Shown here piece after piece: positions 1 through 10,204 of a stretch of 64,000 bases of DNA. A program made the translations under genes and the position numbers. Position 1 is the stretch's first letter. Each line of letters starts with the position of its first letter. The DNA comes from Armatimonadota bacterium (GTDB lineage: Bacteria; Armatimonadota; HRBIN16). Below the pieces are notes generated by a model. That model was not told where the DNA came from. It was given only the letters and a program-made list of their open reading frames with translations, and did no database searches. The stretch is taken from assembly GCA_963677485.1 (NCBI GenBank), contig OY781964.1, positions 2,592,001 through 2,656,000 of the forward strand, given 5' to 3'.

Positions 1-1881
1 CTGGCGGATGAAGCTGCGCAGCTCACGGTAGAGCGATACGCCCTCTTGGATCAGCCCCATGTTGAACTCGTCGGCTTTGTCGATGTGCCCGCTCAGGTAG
101 AAATTGCCCACCAGGCCGTTGACCACGTTGAACACGGTCTCTTCGCCGTCCGCCATCGTGGCTAGATACTCTGGCGTGTCCAATATCCCAGGGTTGGAGG
201 TGTTTGGATAAAGCAGCGGATACGGAAACACCCAGTTGCCCAACTGCTCCGGCAGAATGCCGGCCAGCGATCCCACAATGATGCTGGGGCACTTGGTGTA
301 GTATTCCTGGTCGCTGAAGCTTTGAACATGGAAATGCTTCAGTGCCTCGGGCTCTTCGCGCATCGCTCCCGACCCGCAGTTCTCAATGATCAGCCGGGGG
401 TGCTTGGCACAGACCTCATCGATGAAGCTGTAGAAAGCGCGGTTGTTCACAATCAGGCCGTGTGCGGCACTGCTGCCCAGGTTGTCTGCTCCAACGCCCA
501 CACACTCGTTGTAGTCGTTCTTGATGAAGCCTACACCCATGCCCACCAGCATGTCGATCACCCCATGCATATAGGCACGCACTCCCGGGTTGGTCCAGTT
601 GAAGAAATAGCGGGTCTGACCAAACACACGCTTGCCGTGACGCATCAGGAACCAGTCATCCGGCTTTTTGGCGATCTCGCTGTCGAAGCCGACAATCTCC
701 ATCTCAAGCCAGATTCCCGGGATCAGCCCCTCCGCTTTGATCTCGTCGAGCAGCCCCTGAAGACCGACCTCGCCAAACCGGTCAGGACTCGGTACCCAGT
801 CGCCAAGACCGCTGCTCCAGCTAAACCCTGCCTTGCAGAACCAGCCGGCGTCGATGCAGTAGACATCCGATCCGGCCTTCTTGGCCGCTTTGAACAGGGG
901 ACGCTCGTTCTCCAGGCTGGGGTTCGCCCAGATGGCGTTCATGTAGTCGTTAAAGCAGACCGGCCATTCGCCTTCCCAGGCGTCGACGGGCTTCTGCTGA
1001 CGCTTGTAAATGCTAAGCGCGCGCACGGCCTCTTCAAAGCCACCTTCGGTCACGCCCACCACAGCAGGCGCCGCGGTGAATGTGTCACCGGGTTTCAGCT
1101 CCAGGCTCCAGCCGCAATAACGCTCATCGGCACCATCAAGCTGCAGATACATCCCTGGTCGGCTGCCGTCCCAGTTGCTGTGTGATCCCACTTCGATATG
1201 CCAGTTGTGGCCACCTTCAAGGTGCGCAAAGTAAATCTTGCCCAGTTCGGTGTCTTCAAGCATGATCATGGGCATGTAACGTGCCGTCGACTGACTGCCC
1301 GTTTGTCCTATATGAACCGCTCCGGCGGTTTTGTGCCACTCTGAGACGACATAGAGGCCCAGCTCTTCCAGTGTGTTGGTCTGCCACTGGCCTTCGCCTT
1401 CCCATACGTTGCGGCATGTGTGAACCAGGATGCGCCCTGGGTCATTCCAAGGACGCACGCCATCTGTAGCAAGTCCCGGGAACAGTGCGCTGGAGAGGTG
1501 TGTCATGGTGATGGTTTCGGTGCCGTGGTTGGCGATGGTGGTCAAAACCTGGGTCACCGGTGTGCCCGGGCTGAGTTTGTATTCCACCTTCGCACTGAGT
1601 CCCTTCTCAGCGTAGAGATAATTCAGGATGTAGCCCGAATCGGTCTGCTCCTCGCTCTCAAGAAGAAAATGCCAGGGATATTCGGTCACGCCCGTGTTCA
1701 TGGCATGGCTGAATCCATAACTCTCACCAGCCACTGCCATTGCAAACGGCATCGTGCCGAAACTCTTCCAGATTTCCGAGCCTTTTTCGGTGGTATTGAG
1801 GGTGACCAGCAGTGGGCCGTTGGCCCCGCGGTCAAACTCCATCCGCATACCTTCGTGATCGATTGAATATGTCGACATCAT
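1..1881 (-). CDS. Alpha-galactosidase, GH36 family (3' end outside the window)
   Basis: Absent from the ORF track because it has no stop in the window. Manual translation from ATG 1881 (GGAG upstream) gives MMSTYSIDHEG...FNDYMNAIWANP...YCIDAGWF...LGDWVPSPDRF...GIWLEME, typical GH36 motifs. Confidence 0.85.
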   Translation of the reverse strand, partial: MMSTYSIDHEGMRMEFDRGANGPLLVTLNTTEKGSEIWKSFGTMPFAMAVAGESYGFSHAMNTGVTEYPWHFLLESEEQTDSGYILNYLYAEKGLSAKVEYKLSPGTPVTQVLTTIANHGTETITMTHLSSALFPGLATDGVRPWNDPGRILVHTCRNVWEGEGQWQTNTLEELGLYVVSEWHKTAGAVHIGQTGSQSTARYMPMIMLEDTELGKIYFAHLEGGHNWHIEVGSHSNWDGSRPGMYLQLDGADERYCGWSLELKPGDTFTAAPAVVGVTEGGFEEAVRALSIYKRQQKPVDAWEGEWPVCFNDYMNAIWANPSLENERPLFKAAKKAGSDVYCIDAGWFCKAGFSWSSGLGDWVPSPDRFGEVGLQGLLDEIKAEGLIPGIWLEMEIVGFDSEIAKKPDDWFLMRHGKRVFGQTRYFFNWTNPGVRAYMHGVIDMLVGMGVGFIKNDYNECVGVGADNLGSSAAHGLIVNNRAFYSFIDEVCAKHPRLIIENCGSGAMREEPEALKHFHVQSFSDQEYYTKCPSIIVGSLAGILPEQLGNWVFPYPLLYPNTSNPGILDTPEYLATMADGEETVFNVVNGLVGNFYLSGHIDKADEFNMGLIQEGVSLYRELRSFIRQ

Positions 1882-1930
1882 AAGTTCTCCTGTGTAGATG
1901 ATTCTATGCTCATGTTACACTAAAATAGTG

Positions 1931-2632
1931 ATGAATACTCAACCCCTCTATCAGGTCCGCCGGAGCACCAGACGGCGCACGTTGAGCATCAAGGTCTCAG
2001 TGGATCATGGTGTAGTAGTCTACGCCCCCGCTCGGACACCGAACACAGATATCGCCCTTTTCGTGCTCAGCAAACGCGAGTGGCTGGCAAAAAGCCTGGA
2101 ACGGATCAACACATACCGCGAAAAGACCAAACGCCCCGCCTTCATGGACAGAACTGAACTTTTATACCGTGGTGTACGCCATCAGCTTCGATTTGATACG
2201 GGATCACCTGCCACGGTGCAGATTCAAGATGGCTGTATTACGGTCACCGCACCACAACAGACCACCCCTGAGGCCTACTACGAGCTGCTCTGGAAGACGC
2301 TGGTCAACTGGTTGCTGCAGGATGCGATGCAGAGCTTAAGCGAAATGCTGAAGCAACGGGCCACGGAGATGGGTGTGAGCTGGCGCATGGCATCGATCAA
2401 GAGCATGAAAAGCCGATGGGGCAGTTGCAGCCGAAACGGCAACATGAGCCTGCACTGGGCATTGATCATGGCCCCGCCCGAGGTGGCTGATTATGTGATA
2501 GTGCACGAGCTGGCCCACCGCACTCACATGAACCACAGCGAGAATTTCTGGAAACTGGTGGCGCAGTTCATTCCCGACTACGCCGTGCATCGAAAATGGT
2601 TGAGGCTGAATGGATGGGAGCTTTTGTTGTGA
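1931..2632 (+). CDS. YgjP/DUF45 (M48/SprT-like) zinc-dependent hydrolase
   Basis: RRSTRRRTLSI N-terminus, KSRWGSCS, DYVIVHELAH...NHSENFW. Start may be 1898-1931. Confidence 0.85.
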   Translation: MNTQPLYQVRRSTRRRTLSIKVSVDHGVVVYAPARTPNTDIALFVLSKREWLAKSLERINTYREKTKRPAFMDRTELLYRGVRHQLRFDTGSPATVQIQDGCITVTAPQQTTPEAYYELLWKTLVNWLLQDAMQSLSEMLKQRATEMGVSWRMASIKSMKSRWGSCSRNGNMSLHWALIMAPPEVADYVIVHELAHRTHMNHSENFWKLVAQFIPDYAVHRKWLRLNGWELLL

Positions 2633-3270
2633 GCGCGCTTCTTAAGTTTAGTGAGTTGAGTTACACCATGGGTGAGTCACGTCGGCTCCGCGTATCTGGC
2701 GAGGCGACCTCTGGCGAGATACTGCAGATCACCGGCCCCAGCGGCTGTGGAAAGAGCACGCTGCTGCGCCTGCTGGCCAGGCTGATCCCGCGGGAGACCG
2801 GCCAGATCACACTGCTGGACCAGCCCGATACCGCCATCAACCCTCTGGTGTGGCGCACCAAAGTGCATTACTTCGCACAAAAGCCGATCATGACCGAGGG
2901 CAGCGTGTGGCAGAACATCCTATACCCCTTCACGCTGAAAATCCGGGCCGACCAGCCCAAACCAGACCGTCACGTTGCCATCCAGCTTCTGCAGAAAATG
3001 GCATTGCCGGCCGAGATTCTGGAGCAGACAGCGGCCTCGCTGAGCTGGGGTGAGAAGCAGCGTGTGGCCCTGGTGCGCAGCCTGCTGATGGAGCCTGTGG
3101 TGATGCTGCTTGACGAACCGACCGCCTCGCTGGACGACGGCTCGCGAGGAGCGATGATGGCATTGGTGGCGGAGTGGCTTTCCGAACGAGATGGCAGATC
3201 GGTGGTGCTGGTGTCACACAACAGCGAGCAGTTGGCCGGGGTTCCACTGAGGGCGTTGAGTTTGGGGTAA
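2629..3270 (+). CDS. ABC transporter ATP-binding protein (FetA/YbbL-like)
   Basis: Walker A GPSGCGKST, signature LSWGEKQR, LLDEPTASLD, VSH. GTG start overlaps the upstream stop (GTGA). Confidence 0.85.
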   Translation: MSALLKFSELSYTMGESRRLRVSGEATSGEILQITGPSGCGKSTLLRLLARLIPRETGQITLLDQPDTAINPLVWRTKVHYFAQKPIMTEGSVWQNILYPFTLKIRADQPKPDRHVAIQLLQKMALPAEILEQTAASLSWGEKQRVALVRSLLMEPVVMLLDEPTASLDDGSRGAMMALVAEWLSERDGRSVVLVSHNSEQLAGVPLRALSLG

Positions 3271-3788
3271 GGGGCGGGCGAAGCTGAGCTTGTCAGTAAC
3301 TGGTCGTTATAAAGGTTATTCCGGCTAATTGCGACGGGTTCCATCAGCCCGCTAAAGCAGGCCTCATCACCCGTCGCTTATCATCTGGCGGTCCGCTGAA
3401 GCGGACGCGGGCATAATCCCTGCGCCGGCCGGAGCGTAGCGGCGCCGGCCGCTAATGATCAGCCACGCGGTGTGGAAACCCCGTAGGGACGCCAGTCCCG
3501 TGGGGTGACTGAACCCGTGGCCATTTGCCGACATTATCCGTTACACCATGGGCTGCCGTGTCTGCACGGGCGGGTGCTTGTTCCTGACACAAATCATCAT
3601 GGCTAACCGCCAGACCGGCGCGGTCTTGAGTCTTCTGCATCCGCTAGCCTACGCACAGACCGCCCCGGACAGTGGCAACGCTTGGCTGCAATAGAGGCGA
3701 ATAGCCATTCGCATATCGATCTGTCGCCTCAGCGTGACGCATCAGTTGCAGCCTGGGCTGCCGTGTCAACACGGGCATGTGCTTGTCC

Positions 3789-3848
3789 TTATAACTCCGC
3801 GATCGGCACGGTGAGGATGCCAAATATCAGCGGGAGCATGTTACTGCC
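3789..3848 (-). pseudogene. Short remnant of the 3' end of an ATPase-nuclease (DUF4143-like) gene
   Basis: Translates to GSNMLPLIFGILTVPIAEL*, matching GSTALPLAPGILSVPITEL* ending at 5313. Confidence 0.55.
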
Positions 3849-3995
3849 CGGAGGCCATGGTGGGACGCAAAGTTTGGATACAGGCAGTCATCACCCAGGA
3901 ACTCGTCACGCGGCCGTCGAGTTGTAGGTATAACTGCCTGCAGTTTCGGTGACACCACGAAGGGGGAGCCTTATCCCGCTCGCATTCCTCCGAGG

Positions 3996-5063
3996 TTATT
4001 TCAAAGAGCTCAGATCGTAGGCGTAGACCCGCCCAGTAGCCGCTTGCTGGATAGTGAACGACCTGAGAGCCAGATCAGCGGGAACATCATAGTAATATCG
4101 AACCCGCATCTCCTGTCCTGGCCCGAGATTGCCGCGTACGGCCTCGTCCTTGCTAGCGAAGAGAGCAGATTCGTTCCACCTTACATCACTACCGTCCTGA
4201 TCGATCAGACGGGGCTTAAATATATTCCATGCGAGTGATCTGTCGCCGGTGCATCCATTTTTCGCTGTCAGTATAGCCACAAAACGCCGCTCTCCCGGCT
4301 TCGGAGCTTTGCCCATGATCGGGGCGTCCGAGAAGCTCACTTCATCTACTTTGACATCAAAATCACGCAACGGGTAAGATTCGCCTATCTGTCCCGGGAC
4401 GGTTTCGAGGGCGGTCGCGCCAGTAGGATCAGCGGGGTCAGCGATCGGCTCGGGCAATGCCTTCACCGGATTGAGGTATTTGCCCTTGGCGTCCTTTTCC
4501 TGCAGGTTGTACCGGAGCACCAGGCGGTCACGTGATTGAATGACGAGTTTTGGCAGTGCGCCTTTTGCAGGCATCATAATCAGCGTGTAGAGCTGAACCT
4601 TCTGACCCGGCTTGAGCGACATGTAGCACTTCGCACCGGTGCCCTCCAAGGCGACATTAGCTACATACCGCAGGTTCTGGTTATTGGCATCTACGCCGAA
4701 TATCTCCAGTGTGCTCCATGCCAACCCGTAGTCGCTTCGGTTTGGATTGTGTAGTGTGTAGTGGAGCATCAGAAACTTCTGATCTCTATTTGTCAGGAAC
4801 ATCCCGTTATCGATGGAGACCTGATCCACAGTATACTCAGCTCTGTCTACGGTCACATTGATAGGCGCAGTTTTACCCAGGGTGTATGTATGGGTAAACA
4901 GTGCGTGATCATTCGCTCCCTGAAGCTGGGTTGTCCCCTTCGTGGCTTGATTCTTGGGGTTCTTCACGGGCGTCTTGGCCGCAAACGACATGCTGCATGC
5001 GAACACTAGAAGCGCGATCAAGATAGACCTGCGCTGCGTGACAGTTGTCTTCATGTTTACCAT
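3996..5063 (-). CDS. Secreted hypothetical protein with two similar beta-rich (DUF4352-like) domains
   Basis: Signal peptide. Internal repeat: LAWSTLEIFGVD..LKPGQKV versus LAWNIFKPRLID..LGPGQEM. Confidence 0.65.
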   Translation of the reverse strand: MVNMKTTVTQRRSILIALLVFACSMSFAAKTPVKNPKNQATKGTTQLQGANDHALFTHTYTLGKTAPINVTVDRAEYTVDQVSIDNGMFLTNRDQKFLMLHYTLHNPNRSDYGLAWSTLEIFGVDANNQNLRYVANVALEGTGAKCYMSLKPGQKVQLYTLIMMPAKGALPKLVIQSRDRLVLRYNLQEKDAKGKYLNPVKALPEPIADPADPTGATALETVPGQIGESYPLRDFDVKVDEVSFSDAPIMGKAPKPGERRFVAILTAKNGCTGDRSLAWNIFKPRLIDQDGSDVRWNESALFASKDEAVRGNLGPGQEMRVRYYYDVPADLALRSFTIQQAATGRVYAYDLSSLK

Positions 5064-5312
5064 CCTTATGAGTATAGAACACGGCTGATGATCGTCACTA
5101 TGACACCGATACCCAGGATTCGGCTAAGCCCCATATGGAGTGGTGCCATACCGATGTCAAGATCGACCATAGACTAATCGTACCTGATATGCAAGGCTTA
5201 GTGTGTACAGGATGTTGTGTGGTCGAAAAATCCACATGAAGATGAGATGGTGTGTAGATGGGGCAGTTACCAGACCGCCAATTGAAAATGAGGTTAAGGT
5301 TTGAGCCCCCCA

Positions 5313-5540
5313 TCACAGTTCCGTAATTGGCACACTGAGGATGCCAGGAGCCAACGGGAGCGCAGTGCTGCCCAGATGCACCAGCCAGCCCCGGTCCGTG
5401 CGGTCAGAGTAGTCCTCCATGAAGCTCTTCAGCCCGGAGGCCATGAGGGGCCGTGGGGTGGATGTCGACTTCACCTCAAGAGGGATCAACATCCCCTGTT
5501 GTTCGATCACAAGATCCACTTCGTGGGTGCCTGTCCGGAT
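5313..5540 (-). pseudogene. C-terminal fragment of an AAA ATPase with DUF4143/PD-(D/E)XK domain
   Basis: RTGTHEVDLVIEQQGMLIPLEVKS motif. The upstream part of the ORF is repeat-derived or unrelated, with no ATPase domain. Confidence 0.65.
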
Positions 5541-5788
5541 GCCTGATGGCGTTATGTATATGCTAGACCAATACCCGGCAGATTTTACAGAATGCCGATT
5601 AGCTACGTATTTGGTGTAAATTTGCAATCGAAATGCAAATTTACACCAAAACCCACAGGTCAGCAAAAGACTACAACCCACATTTGGTGTATTTTCTGGG
5701 CTGCCCAAGGCGTTAATCGGACGGATTGGACGAATCGGGCGGATATTCACGATTCGCCCGATCCGTCCGATCTCAATAACTCGGTCAC

Positions 5789-6904
5789 CTACGGTTTCTC
5801 TAGAACTCCCGTGAACAGAAGCTCACCCGTTGCGTCGTTGCGCACTATGTACACGAACGGCCGGTTGAACAGCAGTGGGCGAGGCATGGATAACATGATG
5901 CCTATGCCGGTGGCTGCAGCGGCCTTGGTTCCCGCCTCATCCACTGTGATGGTGGCCTTTTGAAGTGCCTCATAGATGAACAAACCGCGTGATCCCGTGC
6001 CGCTCATCGCGCTGAAGTCAGCCTGTCCACCGAAAGGAAGCGTCATGCCCAGGGCATTCATCACAGGGATCAGTTTATGCTCAGAGGTCAGGTCGAACTT
6101 AGGCACAAAAAGCGATACTTTGGCCGTAACCAGGCTATTCTTGATATCGGTCAGTTTGGCCGCGGTCAACTCGTTCAGGAATTGGCTCATGGCTACGTTC
6201 GCATTGGGCATGATCAGCAGCATGGACCAGCCCTTCACATCATAATCCATTTGTACGGCTGTGTACAGATTGTCCTTACACGCGAACACGCCGGTCGTGT
6301 TCATAAACGGTACTTTTTGCATCATCTTGTTGCGCGTCATCCAAGGTGCAAGTGCTGTCTGTTTTGGGTCAAACTGCTTTGCCCATTTACCGTCAAACGC
6401 CACCGCATTCACCAGAAGCAGTGTGGTATCCGGATCAAGTCTTTCAAACAGCTTTTTGATGCGGCTCTTGGTCTTTTGCTTCACCCAGTTATTGACTTTG
6501 TCCACCGCGTCCCTCTGGCGGAAGTCCTGCTGGAAGGCATCTGCGCGATAATCGGTACCCACGCGACGGACATACTCGGGGTTCAACTTTTCATTTATCG
6601 ACATCCACATGCTGTTGGCGATCTGTAGCATTTCGGGCGGAAGCCCTGCCATCATCTGGCGTAGCGCGGTGTTGTTCTGCCGGTTGATCTCCGGAACAGG
6701 GCCGGTATACCCGAGCACCGAGGCCATCTGACGCAGCGTAGTTCCCGCTGCACCATTGAGTGCCATGCAGAATGTCATACGCACACTGTATGGAGACAGG
6801 CTCATGTTGAGCCCAGGTTTATAGCACTGACGGGTGAGTTTGAGAGCAAATTCGGTATTGGAGAGGGAAGTCGCAGCCATAATGTAAAGCCTCCGAAACA
6901 TCAT
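5789..6904 (-). CDS. Serpin family protease inhibitor
   Basis: SPYS, NNWVKQKTKSRI, LLVNAVAFDGKW, hinge DEAGTKAAAAT, FNRPFVYIV...LLFTG. Start uncertain (6883-6925). Confidence 0.92.
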   Translation of the reverse strand: MMFRRLYIMAATSLSNTEFALKLTRQCYKPGLNMSLSPYSVRMTFCMALNGAAGTTLRQMASVLGYTGPVPEINRQNNTALRQMMAGLPPEMLQIANSMWMSINEKLNPEYVRRVGTDYRADAFQQDFRQRDAVDKVNNWVKQKTKSRIKKLFERLDPDTTLLLVNAVAFDGKWAKQFDPKQTALAPWMTRNKMMQKVPFMNTTGVFACKDNLYTAVQMDYDVKGWSMLLIMPNANVAMSQFLNELTAAKLTDIKNSLVTAKVSLFVPKFDLTSEHKLIPVMNALGMTLPFGGQADFSAMSGTGSRGLFIYEALQKATITVDEAGTKAAAATGIGIMLSMPRPLLFNRPFVYIVRNDATGELLFTGVLEKP

Positions 6905-7202
6905 CGTAGAGTGGAGAGTTACCAATACAGGAGCTTGTCAGTTCCTGCACTGTTATTAGGACTGTCTGCTTCTTGGTATGGTTATCATGACGCCCACCGG
7001 ATTTCTCTGAACCACGGATTACGCGGATTGATAGGATGGCACGGATGGAGAGGGAGGACTGGGGCCGTGTATGGGCGTTTCGCGAAACGCCCTGGGTGAC
7101 AGTGCCCATACCATGCGATACCTGAGTAGTTACATCAACTGCATGGCATAATATACATAGACGGTTCCGAATACTAACTCTCAACCGCAAAGGATATTTC
7201 GC

Positions 7203-7733
7203 TTGTTATTACTAGCCGCCAGGACGCTTCAATCAGCCTCATCTGCCACCACAGAGGCTTTGAAAGGCACTCCCACGATTTGGGGTCATCTGTCTGTATT
7301 GATTGCCATACTGGCACTATTCGCGGTGGGATATTACACGGCAAAGTCCAATAAAGGCGGCCAAAAGGTTGAGCCAGAGGACCAGACAGATGGTAGCGTG
7401 CCCGTGTGCGAAGAGACCTGGGCCAACAGCCGTGAGCTTGGCACGCTTGTGGAGGAGTTCGACCAAGATGGTGTGCATGTTCAGATATACAACATGTGGG
7501 TGCAGATTGACGGGCTGATTACCTACCATCGTGCATTCTGCTTCCTGCCCGATAAGACGGAGCCTTTTCTGATCTTCAACCTCGATGGTGCCATGGGTTG
7601 CTTTTTCTTCAGCGTGCATAACCATCGCCACCGCATTGCCCATGCGCAGGTGCATAACAGTGTGACTGTGGCACAATGGCGTTCGTGGGCGATGTCGATG
7701 TTGCCAAGATACTATAAACCTGTGACGGAATAA
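7203..7733 (+). CDS. Hypothetical membrane-anchored protein
   Basis: 176-aa ORF with one N-terminal hydrophobic helix. Confidence 0.55.
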   Translation: MLLLAARTLQSASSATTEALKGTPTIWGHLSVLIAILALFAVGYYTAKSNKGGQKVEPEDQTDGSVPVCEETWANSRELGTLVEEFDQDGVHVQIYNMWVQIDGLITYHRAFCFLPDKTEPFLIFNLDGAMGCFFFSVHNHRHRIAHAQVHNSVTVAQWRSWAMSMLPRYYKPVTE

Positions 7734-7850
7734 GATTTCGACACCCCTTGCCAGATGTCTTGTTACAGGAGATCATTGAGGCAACCATCATATGATATTC
7801 CTCATGGGTTACACTACTACTAGAGTATTGAAAAACCGGGAGGATGCAGC

Positions 7851-9869
7851 ATGTTTGCTGTTGTCACGCCTTTTGCACTTGGCATAATCGCTGCATTCGT
7901 CATGATCTGCATCATCTGGTCATCACGGCATACCCGTACGGGCCGGTATTTTATCAAATTTGCTCTGATCATGATGTGGTGGAGCACATTCTACGTGCTT
8001 GAGTTATTCAGCACCACGAAAAACACGGCTCTGTTCTTCGCCAATATCCAATTTCTGAGTATTCCATTTTTACCCGGATACTGGTTTCTGCTGGTAAGGT
8101 CTCATCTGGGCATGGCCACTATGACTCGTCCAGCCAAAACATTGCTGTTTTTACCTGGTATCATCACGTTGGTTTTCGCCGTTACGGATCCCTGGTTGGG
8201 ACTCCTGCGTCATAACCCTCAATTTTTACAAGCGCCCGGCGGATCCTGGGTGGTTGATGCCCACTATAATCTGTGGCATAACGCTGTGTTTCTGCCATAC
8301 CTCTATATCACGATAGCCGTCAGCAGCAGCATCCTGCTCTTGCGCGTAAAATCAATGCCCTCGTATTACCGGTTACCCACCATCGTGCTTGCTCTTGTGC
8401 CTGTGCCGGTTTGTGTGGCTGGGGTGATATACCACATGGGATATAGTCCAATTCCCCATGTGAACTATGCGGTTGCGGTATTTAGTGTGATGTCAATCCC
8501 CGTCTGCTGGGGTATCTACCGCAAAAAGTGGTTGAATCTGGCACCACAAGCACGGGACCTACTCATTTCCTCGATGCAGGACGGTGTGGTGGTGGTTGAC
8601 CGAGACCACATGGTCATAGATTATAACCACGCCGCCGAGACGCTTCTTGAGTTGAATCTGGAGCACAATATCGGCCGCGCCATCAGCACTTTGATCCCTT
8701 ATGTTGACCACACCGAACAGATATTTCAAATCGGTGGCCGTTCCCTGCAATATACGCACCATGTGATACATGATCGCACAGGCGAGGGTCTGGGCTGGAT
8801 TTACGTATTCAGCGACATCAGTGCCGAGATACGTCTGCGGAGGCTGTTGCAGGTGGCGGTTCAGATGCTGCCTAACCCTACAGTTGTGGTTCAAGATGGC
8901 CAGGTGGTGCAGCACAGCCTAACCATGGAGAGCTGCTTTGGCTACCAACTATCTGAATTTACAGATTTCCATACCTGGGCCAAAAAGGCGATGCCTGAAT
9001 GGTCGTTTGACCCTGCCACCTCGCCCAATGCGGCGGCCACGGAGTATGTGATGCACTGCGCAAATGGCGTTCAGAAGCATGTGCAGGTCGCCAGCGCTGA
9101 CTTGGGTGAAATGGTCACCTGGACATTGACCGACATCACCGATCGGTACCAAATGGAGCAGAAGCTTCAGCAGGCACTTCATGAGCTGGAACATACGAAC
9201 CAGGAGCTGCAGAGTTTTGCTTACGTCATCTCCCACGACTTGAAAGCACCGCTGAGGGCGATCAGCAACATCAGCCAATGGATGCAGGAAGACTACTCCG
9301 AACAGCTGGATGACGCCGGTAAAGAGCAGCTTGCCTTGCTGGCGGACAGGTCAATCCGGCTGAGCACGATGGTGGACGGTGTGCTGCGTTATTCGCGCAT
9401 GAACAGCCGCGACTATGTCATGGACCTAGTTAACTCTGATGCGATGGTGCGGACGATTATTGATTCGTTAAGCATACCCGAAGGACTGCAAATCATCGCC
9501 AACCCATTACCAAACTTATATGGCGATGCGGTGAGGTTGGAGCAGGTGTTTCAAAACCTGCTGAGTAACGCGGTGAGGTTCATTGATCGGACTGATGGAG
9601 TGATCGAAATCCTGTATATGGGCGAAGAAGCCTGCTTCAGTGTGCGAAACAACGGCCCGAGCATCCCCGTCAGGGACCGCGAGCGTATATTTACGCTGTT
9701 TACCACCGGATCCAACCGCAAAGAAGACAGCACCGGGGTGGGGCTGGCTCTGGTTAAACGTGTGGTGGAGATGTATGGCGGGCATATCTGGCTGGAAGAC
9801 CCAGGGCATGAGGGCTGTGAGTTCCGCTTCACCCTGCCGAAGTGCATGGAGCGTCCAGAAGCCGTCTAG
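7851..9869 (+). CDS. Sensor histidine kinase with N-terminal 7TM region and PAS domain(s)
   Basis: GGAGG RBS, ~7 hydrophobic segments, H-box ISHDLKAPL, N-box QNLLSNA, G2 GVGLALVK. Confidence 0.92.
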   Translation: MFAVVTPFALGIIAAFVMICIIWSSRHTRTGRYFIKFALIMMWWSTFYVLELFSTTKNTALFFANIQFLSIPFLPGYWFLLVRSHLGMATMTRPAKTLLFLPGIITLVFAVTDPWLGLLRHNPQFLQAPGGSWVVDAHYNLWHNAVFLPYLYITIAVSSSILLLRVKSMPSYYRLPTIVLALVPVPVCVAGVIYHMGYSPIPHVNYAVAVFSVMSIPVCWGIYRKKWLNLAPQARDLLISSMQDGVVVVDRDHMVIDYNHAAETLLELNLEHNIGRAISTLIPYVDHTEQIFQIGGRSLQYTHHVIHDRTGEGLGWIYVFSDISAEIRLRRLLQVAVQMLPNPTVVVQDGQVVQHSLTMESCFGYQLSEFTDFHTWAKKAMPEWSFDPATSPNAAATEYVMHCANGVQKHVQVASADLGEMVTWTLTDITDRYQMEQKLQQALHELEHTNQELQSFAYVISHDLKAPLRAISNISQWMQEDYSEQLDDAGKEQLALLADRSIRLSTMVDGVLRYSRMNSRDYVMDLVNSDAMVRTIIDSLSIPEGLQIIANPLPNLYGDAVRLEQVFQNLLSNAVRFIDRTDGVIEILYMGEEACFSVRNNGPSIPVRDRERIFTLFTTGSNRKEDSTGVGLALVKRVVEMYGGHIWLEDPGHEGCEFRFTLPKCMERPEAV

Positions 9870-9893
9870 CGCAACCGCGAGGGGAGGGTTTGT

Positions 9894-10080
9894 GTCACGC
9901 GGAGACGCGGAGGGCGCGGAGGGGGAAGGTTCATCCACAGATTACGCAGATTTCGCAGATGAGGTTCTGAATGACCGCATCGGAAGGCATCTGCATAGAA
10001 AGCGCAAGTGTGACGATAAACCTCGCAGTTCATTCGCTTTCGCACGAATTAATCTGCGCAATCTGTGTAATCTGTGGATG
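9894..10080. repeat. Intergenic 9-nt periodic repeats with an inverted pair
   Basis: ATCCACAGATTACGCAGATTTCGCAGAT (~9933) is complementary to ATCTGCGCAATCTGTGTAATCTGTGGAT (~10051). CACGCGGAGACGCGGAG also present. Confidence 0.8.
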
Positions 10081-10204
10081 ATTCCCTCCGATGAAGCCAA
10101 CATAAGAACCAATAGGACATGTCAGACGAGTAGGACGAGGTGGAGTTATTGCCACAATAACGTAATTATTCCGTCTCCTATCTCCTCGCTATCTCCTCCC
10201 CAAG

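Noticed and set aside
322-1866. Plus-strand ORFs of 287 and 148 aa
   Set aside because: Antisense shadows of the minus-strand GH36 gene.
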